Below are positions 1 through 13,640 of a stretch of 64,000 nucleotides of DNA, piece by piece; the stretch's first letter is position 1; each line of letters starts with the position of its first letter. Source of the stretch: Takakia lepidozioides (Eukaryota > Plantae > Bryophyta). Both the position numbers and the translations under genes were made by a program. Below the pieces are notes generated by a model that made no database searches, was not told the origin of the DNA, and saw only the letters and a program-made list of their open reading frames with translations. The stretch covers positions 67,146,001-67,210,000 of the forward strand of contig CM060733.1 in assembly GCA_030704615.1 (NCBI GenBank). The letters are read 5' to 3'.

Positions 1-294
1 TAGTTTCTAAGGGCTGACTCTCTCAGCTATCTTGTAGGATGAAGCAGAGGCAGCGGGCCATCTATCCAGGCTGCTGTTTGTGTCTCTAGCTTGTGGTGTG
101 GCCATGCTTCTATTCACAGAGTGGTAACATCGTTGCTCCAAGGTAGGGAGGAATCTGCACTTTGAAGGTGTCTAGGAACCTTTTCTCATTTTACTGTGCA
201 CAGCCAAGAATGCACCTAATCTTTGTCTTTCAGTAAAGGTGGAGCTTGTGATTTATAATGTGGATATGCTGGTCTCAATGTGAAGATGCAAAAC

Positions 295-565
295 TCCAGC
301 TTTGATGATGTCAGAATGAACATATCTCCCCTTTTCCAGGACCCTTAAACTGGCACATGCATTTAGAATGCAATTGAACGTGACCCTGTTGGGCATCATT
401 CTTTCCTGTTGCATTTGCTCATAGATCCCGAAAGCCTCCCTACCACACCATGCTGAGCATTACCTGTGATCATGGCATTCCAGGAGACCACAGTTCGTTC
501 ACGTCAAATACTTGACGTATCCTTCATGCTCCCACATTTGGCATACAAGTCACCAGAGCAGTCTC
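295..565 (-). pseudogene. PLS-class pentatricopeptide repeat (PPR) gene fragment
   Basis: Minus-strand translation, with frameshifts, gives [11 protein letters not shown]...VVSWNAMITGNAQHG...EAFGIYEQMQQERMMPNRVTFNCILNACASLRVLEKGRYVHSDIIKAG, a typical PLS PPR motif run. Confidence 0.9.
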
Positions 566-975
566 ATGATGCCAAATCTTCTCCATGTCATCCCAATTTG
601 TCACTATACGATGTTCTATTGGATACTTCAGTGTCAGTATACCTCTCTTGGACTGAGCTTCATCACCAACATACGCATCTTTCTGTCCCATACCGACCGT
701 CACACCGGTGGGTCGAGGACGACCAACAATACTGGGAATACTGCACGCGGGGCATCATCTCCAACAAATCCAGCCTGCATGGACATCAACATTTGATTAC
801 AATCAATCCACAAAATCAAAACCTTGACTCCAACCTATCGATCGAAACACGGCGCTACAATTAATTAGGTATCTGAAAGACTCTTCCATAAATCAATTCT
901 GTTAGAGTAGGTCTCCACTCAAGTACCTTAACCATCCCAGATCCATTGTCCCACACAAGCCGGTGATCTGATATA
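566..975 (-). pseudogene. ACT: Actin gene fragment (coding exon 1 remnant, intron, start of exon 2)
   Basis: 927-~970 encodes LVWDNGSGMVK followed by a GT donor; intron 775-926; AG acceptor, then 774-566 encodes [69 protein letters not shown] with a 1-bp frameshift. The intron is at the conserved plant actin K|AGF position. Confidence 0.95.
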
Positions 976-1762
976 TTCTTGCATTCAAACTCAATGTCTC
1001 CAGATGACCGTCGATGGAGCCCTAGACGGATCTAAACCGTCCAGAGAAGGGGCAGCTGCCCGAAAATGTTCCCTTCTTGTTCCCATAGGTTTCCATTTGA
1101 GGGGGTCTGGCGAGACCAAGACCAGGCCAAAACAGTTACCCCAAGCCGAGGCCAAAGCTGGAATTTTAAGTCGTTATAATCAGGTACGTAAGGGATTTTG
1201 CCTCCCTAATATGGCGTATTTCCAGGAGGATTAAAAAGCAGAAATCTACGCCTCATGCCCCTAGCACATTATGCCGGTTGCACTAGCACATTATGAAACA
1301 TAATGTGTTTGATTAGGACTGGCAGGCCAATAAGAGGGCGGCAGACTCAATCCTTTACGTACTGGAATGGGCCGCAACATGCCATTATGGCGGTTTCGGT
1401 GGCAGCTCGCCCTCAGGCTAGCCACCACCTTACCCACCACAATGTCATGTGGCGGCCCATTCCATAGTACATAAGGCGTATTCGGCCCTTTCGTCACAGG
1501 GCAATTTATTTGGCCGAATCGGCCACCCAGGGTGTACTGCCGATTCAGCAGGCAGAATCGGCAGGGATGGCCGATTATGCACTATGCAACCCTGGATGGC
1601 AGCATGTACCTAGGTGCACTCAGCGACCCACCCACCTTCCCTTTTAGGCTAGCCCCCTATATATCCTCGACGGGGTTCTGAATCTGGGCAATCCATATGG
1701 GATAATTCATGCCCAATCAGATTGCGCCAGGTATATGCCACCACCTGCTTTTAACGCCAGAG

Positions 1763-1854
1763 ACGGGCCGTGTAGGGCCGACTCTGCCCTGTGCGCGGCC
1801 ATAGGGCTCGCCCAAGGGCCGCTCACAGGGCAGAATCGGCCCTACACGGCCCGT
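1763..1854. repeat. 38-bp inverted repeat (hairpin) within a GC-rich, probably TE-derived segment (~1000-2030)
   Basis: Arms 1763-1800 and 1817-1854 pair with 2 mismatches; followed by TCTCTAGTAC, which recurs at ~2010. Confidence 0.75.
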
Positions 1855-2664
1855 TCTCTAGTACGAAATTACCCTAGGACCCAGGCCACAGGGGGGTCAG
1901 GACACATGGCATTTTTGGAATTCCGTACTAGGTTCGCCTACCCAGGTCTCGGCCTACCGGGCTCGACTAGGGCGTGCTTACCTGGCCGAATCGGCCCTCT
2001 GCTGCCCGTTCTCTAGTACCTACGTAAGGTGCTTCCATGCAAAGGAATGCATAATAAGTAGTCCTGCTAAGTTAAAGGCAGGGGCAACAAACTGGGTGCC
2101 CATGGGCCATGGTATGAGCATACATTCGTGGATGGCGCATGAGTATGAATTTGCCGTCTCTCCAGGTTCCGCTGTTCGCTCTCAGCAAAATGCTGGCTGT
2201 CTGTTCTCAGGATTTTCAACGTCTCTCTGACAGTCATCGCTGCCACACTTTGGTCCGTTGTTGCACAGTTCAGTTATGTTCGTCAGCTTTGTTGGTTGGT
2301 TCTGTTGTCGTGTTCTCCGTATATACACCTCTCTGCCGGGATTCAACGTCTCTCCAGTCAACTATTGTCTTTCTTGTAGGCTTGGAAAGCATCATCCGAG
2401 TAGGATCAGAGTGCTGATTGGTGTGTGAGGATAAGCTCGACAGATCAGAAAGCAAGAGAGAGCTCAGCTGACTTATTAGTTGAGAAGATTACTGCTGCTC
2501 TTTTGCAAACTGTAGTGATGATGAAGGTTTCCTACATGTCGGTGGGGAGCTGCACTTGACACAATCCAATCTCGTTTGTGATGGAGATATTCTGAGACTC
2601 TCTCCCCTTTAAGTTATCACTCAGTAAAGCCTTGGACCGCTTGAGCAGAAACTTCTGAGACAGA

Positions 2665-5600
2665 ATGGTGTCCGCAGGAGGATTCATCACCTCTCTGGTG
2701 ACGTCTTTCCTCATCTTTTGTGTGCTAGTCCTCATCTTTGAGTTCCTTTCGCGAAGACCTGGCAATTACAACATTTATTACCCCAGTCGAATACGATCGG
2801 GAGTAGGCCCCCCTGATGGAACCAAGCGGCAATCTCCTTTTGCTTGGATTTGGGAGGCTTTTCATGCAACAGAGGATGAGATAGTCGCCGTGGCTGGCTT
2901 GGACGCAGCCACCTACCTAAATTTCTTCTCTGCCGGTATGCTAGACTCCTTTGTCCTCTACTGAGAGCAGTGCAAAAGAAGGTGTGGAGAGAGATGTGCT
3001 GACTGTTCTCGGCTTTTTTAATCATACTATATGTAGTACAAAGGTAGCATCGGCCTTATTCTGAAGGTCATACACCCTCGTGTCAGTTGTCGGCTGTCTG
3101 GAATCGTCCGCGTCTAGCTGCTTCCATCTGGGCTTTGTTGCTCAAGTTATCCTCCTTGAAGGGCTGAGGGAGAAGTCACCTTCACTGAAATGCTTCTTGC
3201 TTTGGACCAGCTGTTCCCCAAAGAGATAGAGGGAGAACCACAAACTATTTGGAGAACAAATGATGATGGCCCTGGTACTCTTGGGAATTTTCTGGAGTCC
3301 CCTCATGGTAGGACTTGTCCATGCACACTGAATCAACAGTAGTGTGGCTAGTGTTTCGGTGTGGTTTGCTGGACTTCTCTCCCCTCGTTGTTTGCAGGTT
3401 TTTTATCTGCCCGAGCTGGGTCATGGGTAAGTGACATTCCTTTGGGGTTTCGCAACTGCCAATCATCGTGCTCAGATGTTTCTTGTGTGAGAAATGAAGA
3501 TTGAGGTGAGATTGTGATTGGCAGTGCTGGAAATTCTTGGGTATTCAGCACTCTTTTGCATCCCAGTGCTGATACCTATTGCAGCGACAAGCCATAATAA
3601 TGAAGAGCAGTTTCGACTACATCCCAATGACACTTACCAATCATTTGACAACTGGGCCATGGGCAACATTGAAGTATGTACATCGTTTCTGACTCCGCAA
3701 ATGGCTCTGGCTTTATGGAGGATCAAGCCATCTCCAGGCCTTTATTAAAATTATTTCTTTTGTGGTGACTAGCAGAGTTTAGGTCTGGTGTGATGATGTT
3801 CCTCTCGGAATCAGATAGTTCTATTAGGGTCATGTGAAAATCTTGCCTGTAATCAGAATTACCTGAAGCTAAGAAAACTCTGCTAGTGGGGTTATAATCT
3901 TGAAAGCAGGTCGTAAGGTTGGCGGGACACCACTTTGAGAGGAACTGGCTACTGTGGTCATTTCTGCAGAGCTTATTTGCTTTGGGCTGCTTGGCCCAGC
4001 TGCGCGTTTTGTGTGTGTGGTGAGGCATGTTGACACAAACCACATTGCTAGCAAAATTAGGGCAGCCAGTCCATTGGTGTCCCCTGTAGTTGAGACCAAT
4101 TTTATAAGCCAGTGAAACAAGATCCGGTTTTTGTCAGTCGTTTTCCGAGACAAGTTGATCTTGCTGATCAGGGGAGCCCTGCTTCAGGGGCTACAATGCC
4201 ACCCTTACATAACTTGCGACTTCTTTCGCAAAAATCCAAAAATACTGAGTGGCATTTCTCTCCGTAGTTATGGTCTTTCTACACTATGGAACTTACGCGT
4301 TGGCTGCATGGGATTCTGTGATTCACATCTGGCAGGATAATAGTCCTAAGATTTGGGCATTCCTCATAGGCGGCATCTGGGTATCATTGGTGACATACTA
4401 TGTGTTACAAAAATACTACAAGCACATGATCAACTTGCGGAGCTGCGAGCAAGCCCACGAGAAAGCTCAGCCTCAGCAATTTGCAGTGCTTGTGCGGGAT
4501 ATTCCAAAGCCTGGTGCCAATGTTACTCGGACAGAGCAGGTCGACACTTTCTTCAGGAAGCTGCATCCAGAGACTTACGAAAAATGCTTGGTTGTTACCA
4601 AGCTAAGTAAGGTGAGAAAGCGTAGTTCCTGCAAGTTGTAGAGGTGAAGTTCCTGTACTACTCGAAGCAGTGATATAGACTGAGAGTGGAATGTTTATCG
4701 TTTGTGAAATTTTCCTATGCCCGCTAACTCCCATCCTTCCAACAGATCTCCAAGCTCTGGGCAAAGCTTGAAACTGCTAAGAGTAAGTTGGAGCACATTG
4801 AAGCTGTTTTTGCATCATCCAAGACAGTGAAGATTCCCGAAGGCACCCGGCCCATGCACAAGACTGGTACATTTGGTCTGTTTGGTCCCATGGTTGACTC
4901 CATTGACTACTACAATGAAACGATCAAGGATCTGACCCCCAAGGTGGAGGTGGAACAAAGAAGGACGCGAGAAGATGAACAACAAGCTGCTGCCTTCGCA
5001 TTCTTCAATAATCGCTGTGCTGCTGCTGAGGCCTCCCAGGTGTGGAATCAGGGAACACTTGACGAATGTGGTCATTGCCTTGTATATCCTTCAGCCGAAA
5101 TGTTCTGTCACTCAAACCTCACCCATCCCCTCATCTCATATACTGGCACCAAAGACTCCTGTGTAAATCTGGTGGTACATATATACCCCTGAAATACAAT
5201 GGCATTATAAGTTGTCGTTTCATATGAGTCAGCTTTCAAAATTCTGATGCTAGTAGTCCATGTACAAACTTGATGTGCCCATTGGTTTCTGAAAACACAT
5301 TTGCAGGTGGTGCACTCCCCCCACGCGATGGAATGGCAAGTGTTCCCAGCTCCTGAGCCCCGCGAGGTGGTCTGGGGCAATCTGGCGATACCAGTATATC
5401 AGCGCATGGTCCGGGAGATCATTGTCTACATAGTTGTATTCTTCACAGTTGTATTCTACATGATTCCCATTGCTTTAATCTCCTCCCTCACCACGCTCAA
5501 CAACCTTGTAAAGCTTGTTCCCTTCATCAAGTCTATTGTGGACTACAAACCACTCAACAGCATTCTGCAGGTCAGCTCTCTGCGCTTTGTTTCGAAGTGA

Positions 5601-7387
5601 GAAGTTGTTATGATGGTTGGGATGCAGACTGGTCCCATTGGACCTTTCTAGAATCAGCTGGATGTTAGGTTGAAGTAAGGCCTTAATTAAATCACCACAG
5701 ATTATGAGCAGGACAAGTTCTTTGCAATTGTCTGTGAGGACATGAAGATACCCATAGCATCTATTTCAACTCGATGAAAGGATTTAAAGGGATGTGCTTT
5801 TCGTCTGAAGGTTTTGTGGTGTCCTATGCATGCAGGAGTTTGTAACCTGAGTTGGCGGTGGCTAAATTGTAGTTGCTGTCCATTTGTCTAATTTATGTTG
5901 TCTGTAAGTTTTTATTGATTTTATGGTGCCCCTCTACATGTAGGCATATTTGCCTCAAATTGCTCTTATTGCCTTCCTTGCATTGCTACCAATGCTGCTG
6001 ATGGCTTTGTCCAAGGCGGAAGGCATTCCCTCTCAAAGTCACATGGTGAGGGCTGCTTCAGGAAAGTACTTTTACTTTGTGGTCTTCAATGTGTTCCTGG
6101 GAGTCACCATCTTTGGCAGCATCTTTTCATCAATCGAGGGGTTCAAGGAACTCCTCACAGCAAAGCAATTAAGTCTGAGCAAAGTTGTTTCTCTCTTGGC
6201 AAAGTCGCTACCACCGGTCGCCTCTTACTATATCACATATGTGGCACTCCAGTGAGTCTCACTGCACAATCTCTCTATTGTATTCGAATTTGCAAACTGT
6301 CCTATTCTTTGCTTTGACTCAAACACAGAGAGTTTTGTGTTTCTGTGTGCAGAGCCATGTCTACTTCTTTGTTACCTGGAGTCCTCTGTGGGCTGGTAAT
6401 CATGGCTGGCCTCCAATTTAAGGATGTTGCAAGCTTATTGTTGGCTCCATGTGTATGTATTGCTAACAGCTTGATTTGTGGCAGATTTTTTGTTGGCTAT
6501 GGGCTGGAATTGTCACGCTTGGTTCCCTTAATTATCTACCACTTGAAAAGGAAGTACCTTTGCAAAACAGAGAAGGAATTGCAAGATGCATCAGCTCCAG
6601 GGCCTTTTGGATATCAAACTCTTGTACCGGGCGATATGTTGATCGTTACGATTGCCTTGTGTTATGCGGTGATTGCACCATTAATCTTATTGTTCTCTAT
6701 CCTCTACTTCACCTTTGGTTGGCTGGTTCTTCGCAATCAGGTCAGTCCTCATGTTTCCCTTGATGCTGACAAACCCTCCGTGTGCACTGCTTTGACTTAT
6801 TTTTGGAGTTCGTATCCTAAAGGTTGAACTCGAATTGACTTAGGTGTGGATTTGCCTCTAAATCCAATTGTAAAAATCTAGCTTTTAGAAGTAAGTTCTT
6901 TAGTTTTGAAGGTCTTGAAGGTTTCCATACTTCTCTAACACAATTCACTGACATTGATTTGTTCGTGCGGCAGGCATTGAAAGTCTATGTACCTGATTTT
7001 GAGAGTGGCGGCCGCATCTGGCCTCATTTGCATTCTCGCATTCTGGCGGCATTATTTGTGTCACAGCTCACAATGTTGGGCTATTTTGGGATTAAGAAGT
7101 TTCCGTATGCTGTTGTGCTTATTATTTTGCCTATTGCAACACTTGTATTTGCTATGGTCTGCAAGAAGAACTACTACCCAGCCTTCAATGTTACTCCACT
7201 TGCAAATGCTAGTGAAGAGGTGAAAGACGGTCCTTCTTTACGGGCAATTATCGAGGCTTATACACCTAAGTGTATGCTAGATGCTGAGGGGTTCGAAAAT
7301 GCTGACAAGTTTGAAGATGCGCGATCCAACATGACTTCCAGATCTAACTCCGGTCTTATATCTCCCGCAGAGACCAGCAATGTTTAA
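2665..7387 (+). CDS. ERD4: OSCA/CSC1 (TMEM63-family) hyperosmolality-gated mechanosensitive cation channel, ERD4/OSCA3.1 type; exons 2665-2935, 3525-3673, 4336-4611, 4746-5039, 5307-5570, 5944-6251, 6485-6740, 6974-7387
   Basis: Eight GT-AG exons join in frame to 2232 nt (743 aa + stop). Motifs IYYPSRI, SPFAWI, GLDAATYL, QFAVLVRDIP, APEPREVVWGN, AASGKYFYF, FFVGYGLELSRLVPL and FESGGRIWPH match ERD4/OSCA3.1. Confidence 0.95.
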
Positions 7388-7732
7388 CGAATCTATAACC
7401 AAGCATTGAGCTTGAGGATCTTTCAGTTACTGGTGAACTCTATGTATACTGGGTTTGAAATAGACTATCTGAGATAGATTTTCTTGTTTCGTCCTATGTA
7501 GTATGTGTATCTTTGTTGCATATCTGGCACATTGATTTTTTCCTCGTGTGGATAGCTCTTAGGGGGGTATTTTTCCCTCAGTAGCCTAGGTAGTGTATTC
7601 TAGAGTTGAACCAGAAAGTTCCCAATTTTGTCTCCAGTTGAACAAAGATGGCCACATCCTGGACAACTATTGTAGAGCATGTAGAGTATGTTAAAAAATT
7701 AATTTGGATGTCTACAGTGAGCATCGGCGAGT

Positions 7733-9374
7733 GCCGTGCGCGATCTGTCCGGCATCCCATTCCACCTTGGTATATCGAGGTCAACAATTTTCAGGACCCA
7801 AGGACCGCATTGACCCTCGCCCTCACCTCGCTCAAAGCGGTAATAGCCCTCCAGATACTCCATTGCGCGCAAAGACTCCCGCTTGATTCCAGAAGCGTAT
7901 GTGAAAACTGAAAGCCAGCTCCAGGGCACATTTAAATTTCCCCCCGACAGGAACCTGCACGGATGAAGATTGGCTACTCCATGAATGTAGCCGTTTCAGT
8001 TTCCTTCCCTGCCATGCAAACTATGGGCAGTAAGTGCCAGGTGGGCCTATAGCCACTCGAGACGACGAAGTCCATCCCCCCTTCGATGTAAATGCGGCGC
8101 CGAATTTCCATCCGGGGGATGGACTTCGGTGGCAGATTTCAAACTATACCCCGTGGATGAGAAAGAGGTATCGGTTCATCCACCACTGGCGTGATGAACA
8201 CGTTACACGATGATTGGTGGGTACTTGTGACCCAGATGCTCCATTATTGGAGCCCGCCTGCTCTTCCGCTTCTCATCATTTCAAAAATCTAAGGGCTTCG
8301 TTGCTGTCCGCAAGGTCATTGTCATCGGCATCAAAGACGTCCTCAGGTCCTCCTTTGCAAGGATGTCGTGCTTCCGGAACCGGGACGACTGCCCATATGG
8401 AGGCATCAATTATGCAATGTATTCGGCCACATCAGGAGACATCGTTATCTGGTAGACAGATTACACAAAAGATACTGGTTCGAATGTGGAAACATTGTCC
8501 GCTTTTGAGTATCTCCCAGGCTAGTACGCCTTCGAGCGGGGTGACGATCTTGGTCTGAGGAGTCCGTGGCTCCTGCGCATCCTTGATTCCGATTTTCCCA
8601 GCTACGACGGGCACCCGTGCAGAAGAATGCGCACTGCTATGCTGTTGCAGTGGACGTGGGTGGACTCCATCGGAGAGACTTGTACTCCTGAAGGAGTGCG
8701 CTCATCTTCTTCATTGTATGGGGACATTCGCATTGGTGTGGACGACAAAAACGTGAAGCTTTCCATATTCGATGGTGGTATGATTGAAGGGCAGGACATT
8801 GTGGTGAACATCAACAGGGGCGGTACAACGGCTGCAATCCAGTTTACCTGGAGGAGCTTGATGACTCATGAGCTAGTTTTCAGAGCAATCGAAGTCCCAT
8901 TGACAACATGACTTGTATTCAGAAGGCACAGGGCTAAAGATTTGTTTGCACAATCAGCACAGTAGACATGCTTCAAATGCAATTCATGTGGATCAATAAA
9001 AATCCCATTGTGCCCTCTTTTTGTTCTATTTTGTATCCATCGTTCCCAAAATGCGTCATTCCTCATTTCGTTTGGGATTGGGAGTGTGGGTGGATTTTGC
9101 AAGTGGCTGGTAGGCTGAAATGGGCCCCCATTGTACAGAGTAGTACCACCCTACCATTCGCGAAACATTGCCTTTCAATATGTAATTCTAAAAAACATTG
9201 CCGAACCTCCTTCATCGGGAGGTCCTTCTCCCCCTATGACCGTGACACCCTAAACCCTATTCCCGCGGACACTCATTTCCGGAAAATAGTCCTGCTCATG
9301 TTTTTTTCGACACTTACAACTCTGCTCATGGCTCATGCCGCTCATGGCTCATGGCTCATGAAATAGCAGCCCCC
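7733..9374 (+). mobile_element. Truncated copy of the large MULE-like family: fragment of cargo gene A1, disrupted cargo gene A2, GGGGG-type terminus
   Basis: Colinear with 53170-55002 apart from an internal deletion; ends in GCTCATGAAATAGCAGCCCCC (9354-9374) after GCTCATG subterminal repeats. Confidence 0.85.
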
Positions 9375-12300
9375 GGGTAGATGAATCTTGCACCATGTAA
9401 TTTGTCCAGATCCTCCTTCATTTTTGCCGCATAGTTAGGATTCATGCGGTATTGCCGCTGCTTTATTGGAAATGAGCCCTCCTCCAGCTTGATTCGATGC
9501 TGGCACAACTCACGAGGTATGCCCCTCAAATCCTCGTAGGACCACGCGAACACATCATTGTAGTTTGTAAGCAGGCCCTTTTCTTGACGGAGGAACTCCT
9601 CCCCAATTCCTCTGCTGATTTTGATGTTACGAGGTTTGTCCGTAGTCCCTAGGTTCAAATTTTGAAGCTGGTCCTCAGTCCTTGCCGTCCACTCCGCCAC
9701 TTCATATCCCTTAACGACGTCCTTCGCCGGAGGGGCTACAACATCTGCCGTACCGTCACGTTCCTCATAGAAGTATGATGGTTCGGGCTGGCCGGGCTCC
9801 CCTTTGTTGGTTGGTTGCACTCGACTGCAGTGTACAAGGTACTGCTTGCCCACTTCCGGCAACGAGATCTCCGCAATAGACCACAGCTCTGGCAATGCCT
9901 CCTTAAAGTCTCTTCCTCCGAACGTCGGAGAGGGGCAATGCTGAGGTTGTAGAGCACCACGTATATGTCATGGTGCGTGAGCGGTGAGTAGCTGGTCCGG
10001 GGCAGGCTCGGGTATGGGGAATATATTGAAGAATATTCTTTCTCAGGCTCCGAACAAGTTCGGGGGAGGTGGGTGGGTGGTGATTGGGTGGGCCCCCTTT
10101 TTGTACCGTAGGGTTGGTTAATTGATAACCGCTGTCCTTCCATCCGGATAAGAGCCCTTTCATCTAGTCGAGCACATAATAGAATCATTACGTTACATTG
10201 GTGTAGTACACGAGATTTTGGAAATCAAGTATGGGAGAACTGGAATTGTGGTCTTCCTATGTTCTTGGGTTCGAGCTCATAATATGGGGCATCATGTGAT
10301 GTCCATGAAGCAGGACAAGGTTGGATTCACTCTGGTGAATTTTTCACACATGCTGCCAACGCATGAGCAGCCTTTTGTGTTGCCATCGCAAGTTGTGCGC
10401 TGAGTGTTCTTCTCCGACTGTCAGAATGAACCTAGATGGAAGGTGGTCTTGGAGAAAGCCCCCGGAGGAAACCCCTAGTGTTGGTGGCCTCAATGGAGGT
10501 GAAGCGAGGTGAAGCCATTGAAATGAGTGCGGAGGAACATGCTTATTTATACGCGACTGTGAGGACTGATAATGATGAGGGGGTGGATGCATCGGGGGAT
10601 GAGATGTCAAGTGATGGGGAGGCATCCGATATTGAAGACCAGACTGACTTCAATGATGTTGACCTTTAGGAGGTTTGCTTGGCCTCATTTTGGGAAGAGC
10701 TAAATACAAAGCTTTATAGAAAGCATGTCTGGTAATTACCTTTGCCACTTCTCCTCTCTCCATTCTTTGTTTGTAGCTACGAGGTCCTTTATTCTTCTTC
10801 AATGAGTCGTCTGAGAACACTAGAATGATTTTATGCGTACTGTGTTCTTTCATCTTCATGTGTGCTACCCAAGTAATGCGAGTTCTCATTTTTATTACAG
10901 CATCTTCAGTATGGTTATCGTAATGGAAATGCTGCATTGGTTTAATTTCTAGGAGAAGACATGCCATCACACTTCACTGTATGAGGTTGTCATAATCTGT
11001 ACATGTCTTAACCTGGTATGACCTTGGAGCCGCACCTGATAAAGTGGCTACCATGCGTGGCTGCCCGAAGGTGATTGTTTATGATGTAGATTTCTATTAC
11101 ATCGGTGAGTTTCCCAGCAATAGAAGCGCCCCTCCTAACAAACATACTGTGGTGTGTATGGTTGAAATTATAGCTTACATGCAACAGGGGCTGCAGTATG
11201 ACTCCCCAAATGCCCCCTGTGGCACAGGCCTATTTCTCATTTGGTTTGGTTGGTACGTACGAATGCACTTGCAAAACAGGCATGTCTTATGTCTTTGACC
11301 TTGCCTAGGTCCCACTCTTTGATAAATAAATAGTGTTTTTCTTTTTCCTCCACGCGTCACCAGTCTCATGAGTTCAATTAATGTAGTAAGTGTCATGAAC
11401 ATTATTGCAATATGATGGCCACATTTGAGACTGCATGCTATACATTCACTTGGTTTTGGGCTGCCTTTTGGTGGCTGTGTAGCTGATCTTAGCAATAGCC
11501 CACATTCTTGTGGACTTCATATCATTCAGACATTGTTGGGAAGGTTTTGTGACTGCTTATAGGGTGAGTCCGAGGTTGAACATATGTTCATTTTCTATTC
11601 ACTTTTACCCAGCTTCATGACAAAAGCACACCCAGAAGCCCAGAAATGCTCACTTTGTAGCTGTTGTTCATGCCTGTTGCCTTTAGTGTTTTCCTTTTTT
11701 TAGGAGTGAGGCATGGCTGCTGCCATGTTCAATGTGGGCATGCGCTGGCAGGTCTGATCTGGTAGATCTGCAATGTATGATGTCATCACACTCACAATAG
11801 TAGTGACAGCAAATAGTACTATGTATGTGGCAGTTTTCCTCTATGTACCTGTGCATCTCATTCCATAGGCAATAGATTATCAGTCCTTGCTTAAAATCAA
11901 TGTCTATGTTATACTAATTCTGTGTGTGCATGTGCAGGATGGTTGCCTTCATGTGCAAGCCAGGCTTCGGGACTATAGTCATGTTTGTATGCTATAGGCA
12001 AATTGAGGTAGAACACTGGCTATTTCATGCTCCCTTTGGTCATTCCGCAACTGTGACTTTGGCTTGTCGGGTTGCGAGCTGGATCATTTGCACTGAACTG
12101 GGCAGTGTGACCGTATCGTCGTTCCAATTTAGCACCACTTTCGCCTGTCGTAGCCACGGTTTCCAAGTAGCAAGGGGTGTCCCTCTAACATCTCTCCCAT
12201 TTTAAGCACCGTTACAGATGGGTGAAAGCAAGCTACGGTGGCTCAAAAAAGTCCATTGTGTGCCTATACAAGAAGTCCCAAGTTTTTTCAGAATTTTGAT

Positions 12301-13640
12301 TTGATGATTATGGAAAAATTATAGTCGCTAGATTCTATGAACCATCTAAAGTTGACAGTAACAGACACTATAGCATTATTTCTATTTTTCCTAGTACAAG
12401 ACATTATTCATATTTTCCTATTTTATATTTTATATTTTCGTTATATCGCATAGTGGGACTCAGGCTACTCTGCATCTACATGAAATGTACTTTTCACATG
12501 AAAAGGGACAGGCTGGGGTTTTGGTAAGCCCAATTGTCTTCGTAGGGCCTCTATCGTAATATTGATACCTGCCCCCCCGTCCAATAGTACATTTGATACT
12601 TTGGTTTTTCCAAGTGTCATAGGGACCACTGGCATTACGTCTTGATCCAGTATGTCGGCCGCCACTGATGAAGCAGGTACTCTTCGCCCGTTTTTCTGGT
12701 ACAAAAATGCTTCGTGGTTCGTAGGCTTGTTGAAGGTACATGGTTCGTACGTGACAGGGCCCTTTGTTTTCCATTTGTCACGGTTCTCCACCTCATCTAG
12801 ATATGCCCGTACTTCCCTTCGTAGCTAGGGTGATATCTTCAGTAGTTGGCCCAGAGTGATGTCAACCTTGCCGTTTATCACCTTTGTAGCCAACGGGGTT
12901 GGTTCTGTCGCGAGTTGTTGGGGTTTCTTGTCCAACTCGTCGACCCATCCTTTCTTTGTACTCTTTCCAGCTCATCCAGTTCTTCGTCTTCCATTATTGG
13001 GGCCAACAAAGAAGGTGGCTCCAACTTAGCTTGTTCAGATTGGACTAGCTCCACCATCTCCTGTCGTAGCCTCTCCTCCTCCTCCTAGTGGAAAAAATAA
13101 AAAATAAATAAAAAATATGGACTCTCTTCATTTGGGAGGGTCGTAATTCCTGCGGTTCCTCCTCGCAAACACTCTTCCCCTTTTGTTTCTGGTTGCGGGT
13201 CACTGCACATGCTTCCGACTCTTCTGGAGCTGCCATGATGATGGCCGAGTTGAGCTGAGCATTATGGTCTTATACGAGTTTCTGTCTAATTGGGCAGTCC
13301 CGTTAGTGGCCTTTACAGAGATGGGCATTATGGTCCTGTACGAGTTTCCGCCTAATTGGTCAGTCCCGTACGTAGTGGTCTTCCTCACCACAGAGAAAAC
13401 AAGTCACTCTATAAGGAACATTGGGGTCGTCGGGATTACCCCGTCCTCGGCCTCGGCCCCTGCCCCTTCCACGTCCACCGCCGTGGTAGTATCCATTGTT
13501 ATGTCCGTAGATTTGCCTGTAGCCTTGCCCATAACCTTGCCATTCTTGGTGGGCGACCTGGGCGGCTCCCTTAATTTATGGTTTCTAGTTACTAAATTAG
13601 CACGTGGTGTCACGGTGGAGGATAGGATCAGGCATGTATA
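9375..13640 (-). mobile_element. Degenerate Ty3/Gypsy gag-pol relic (gag-like region, aspartic protease, start of RT), interrupted by a CACTA fragment and cut by the MULE-like end
   Basis: VLLDGGAGINI (12465-12791) and LLGKPWLRQAKVVLNW (~12100-12170) are protease motifs; YNDVFAWSYEDLRGIPRELCQHRIKL...IKQRQYRMNP...FIYP (9375-9600) is the pre-RT region. Confidence 0.88.
10186..10669 (+). mobile_element. CACTA (EnSpm) TnpD transposase C-terminal fragment (DUF4216-like)
   Basis: YIGVVHEILEIKYG...VVFLCSW...DKVGFTLVNF...EQPFVLPSQV..VFF....PRWKVVL followed by an acidic tail; disrupted. Confidence 0.85.

Noticed and set aside
466-864. Plus-strand 132-aa ORF
   Set aside because: Antisense shadow of the actin fragment.
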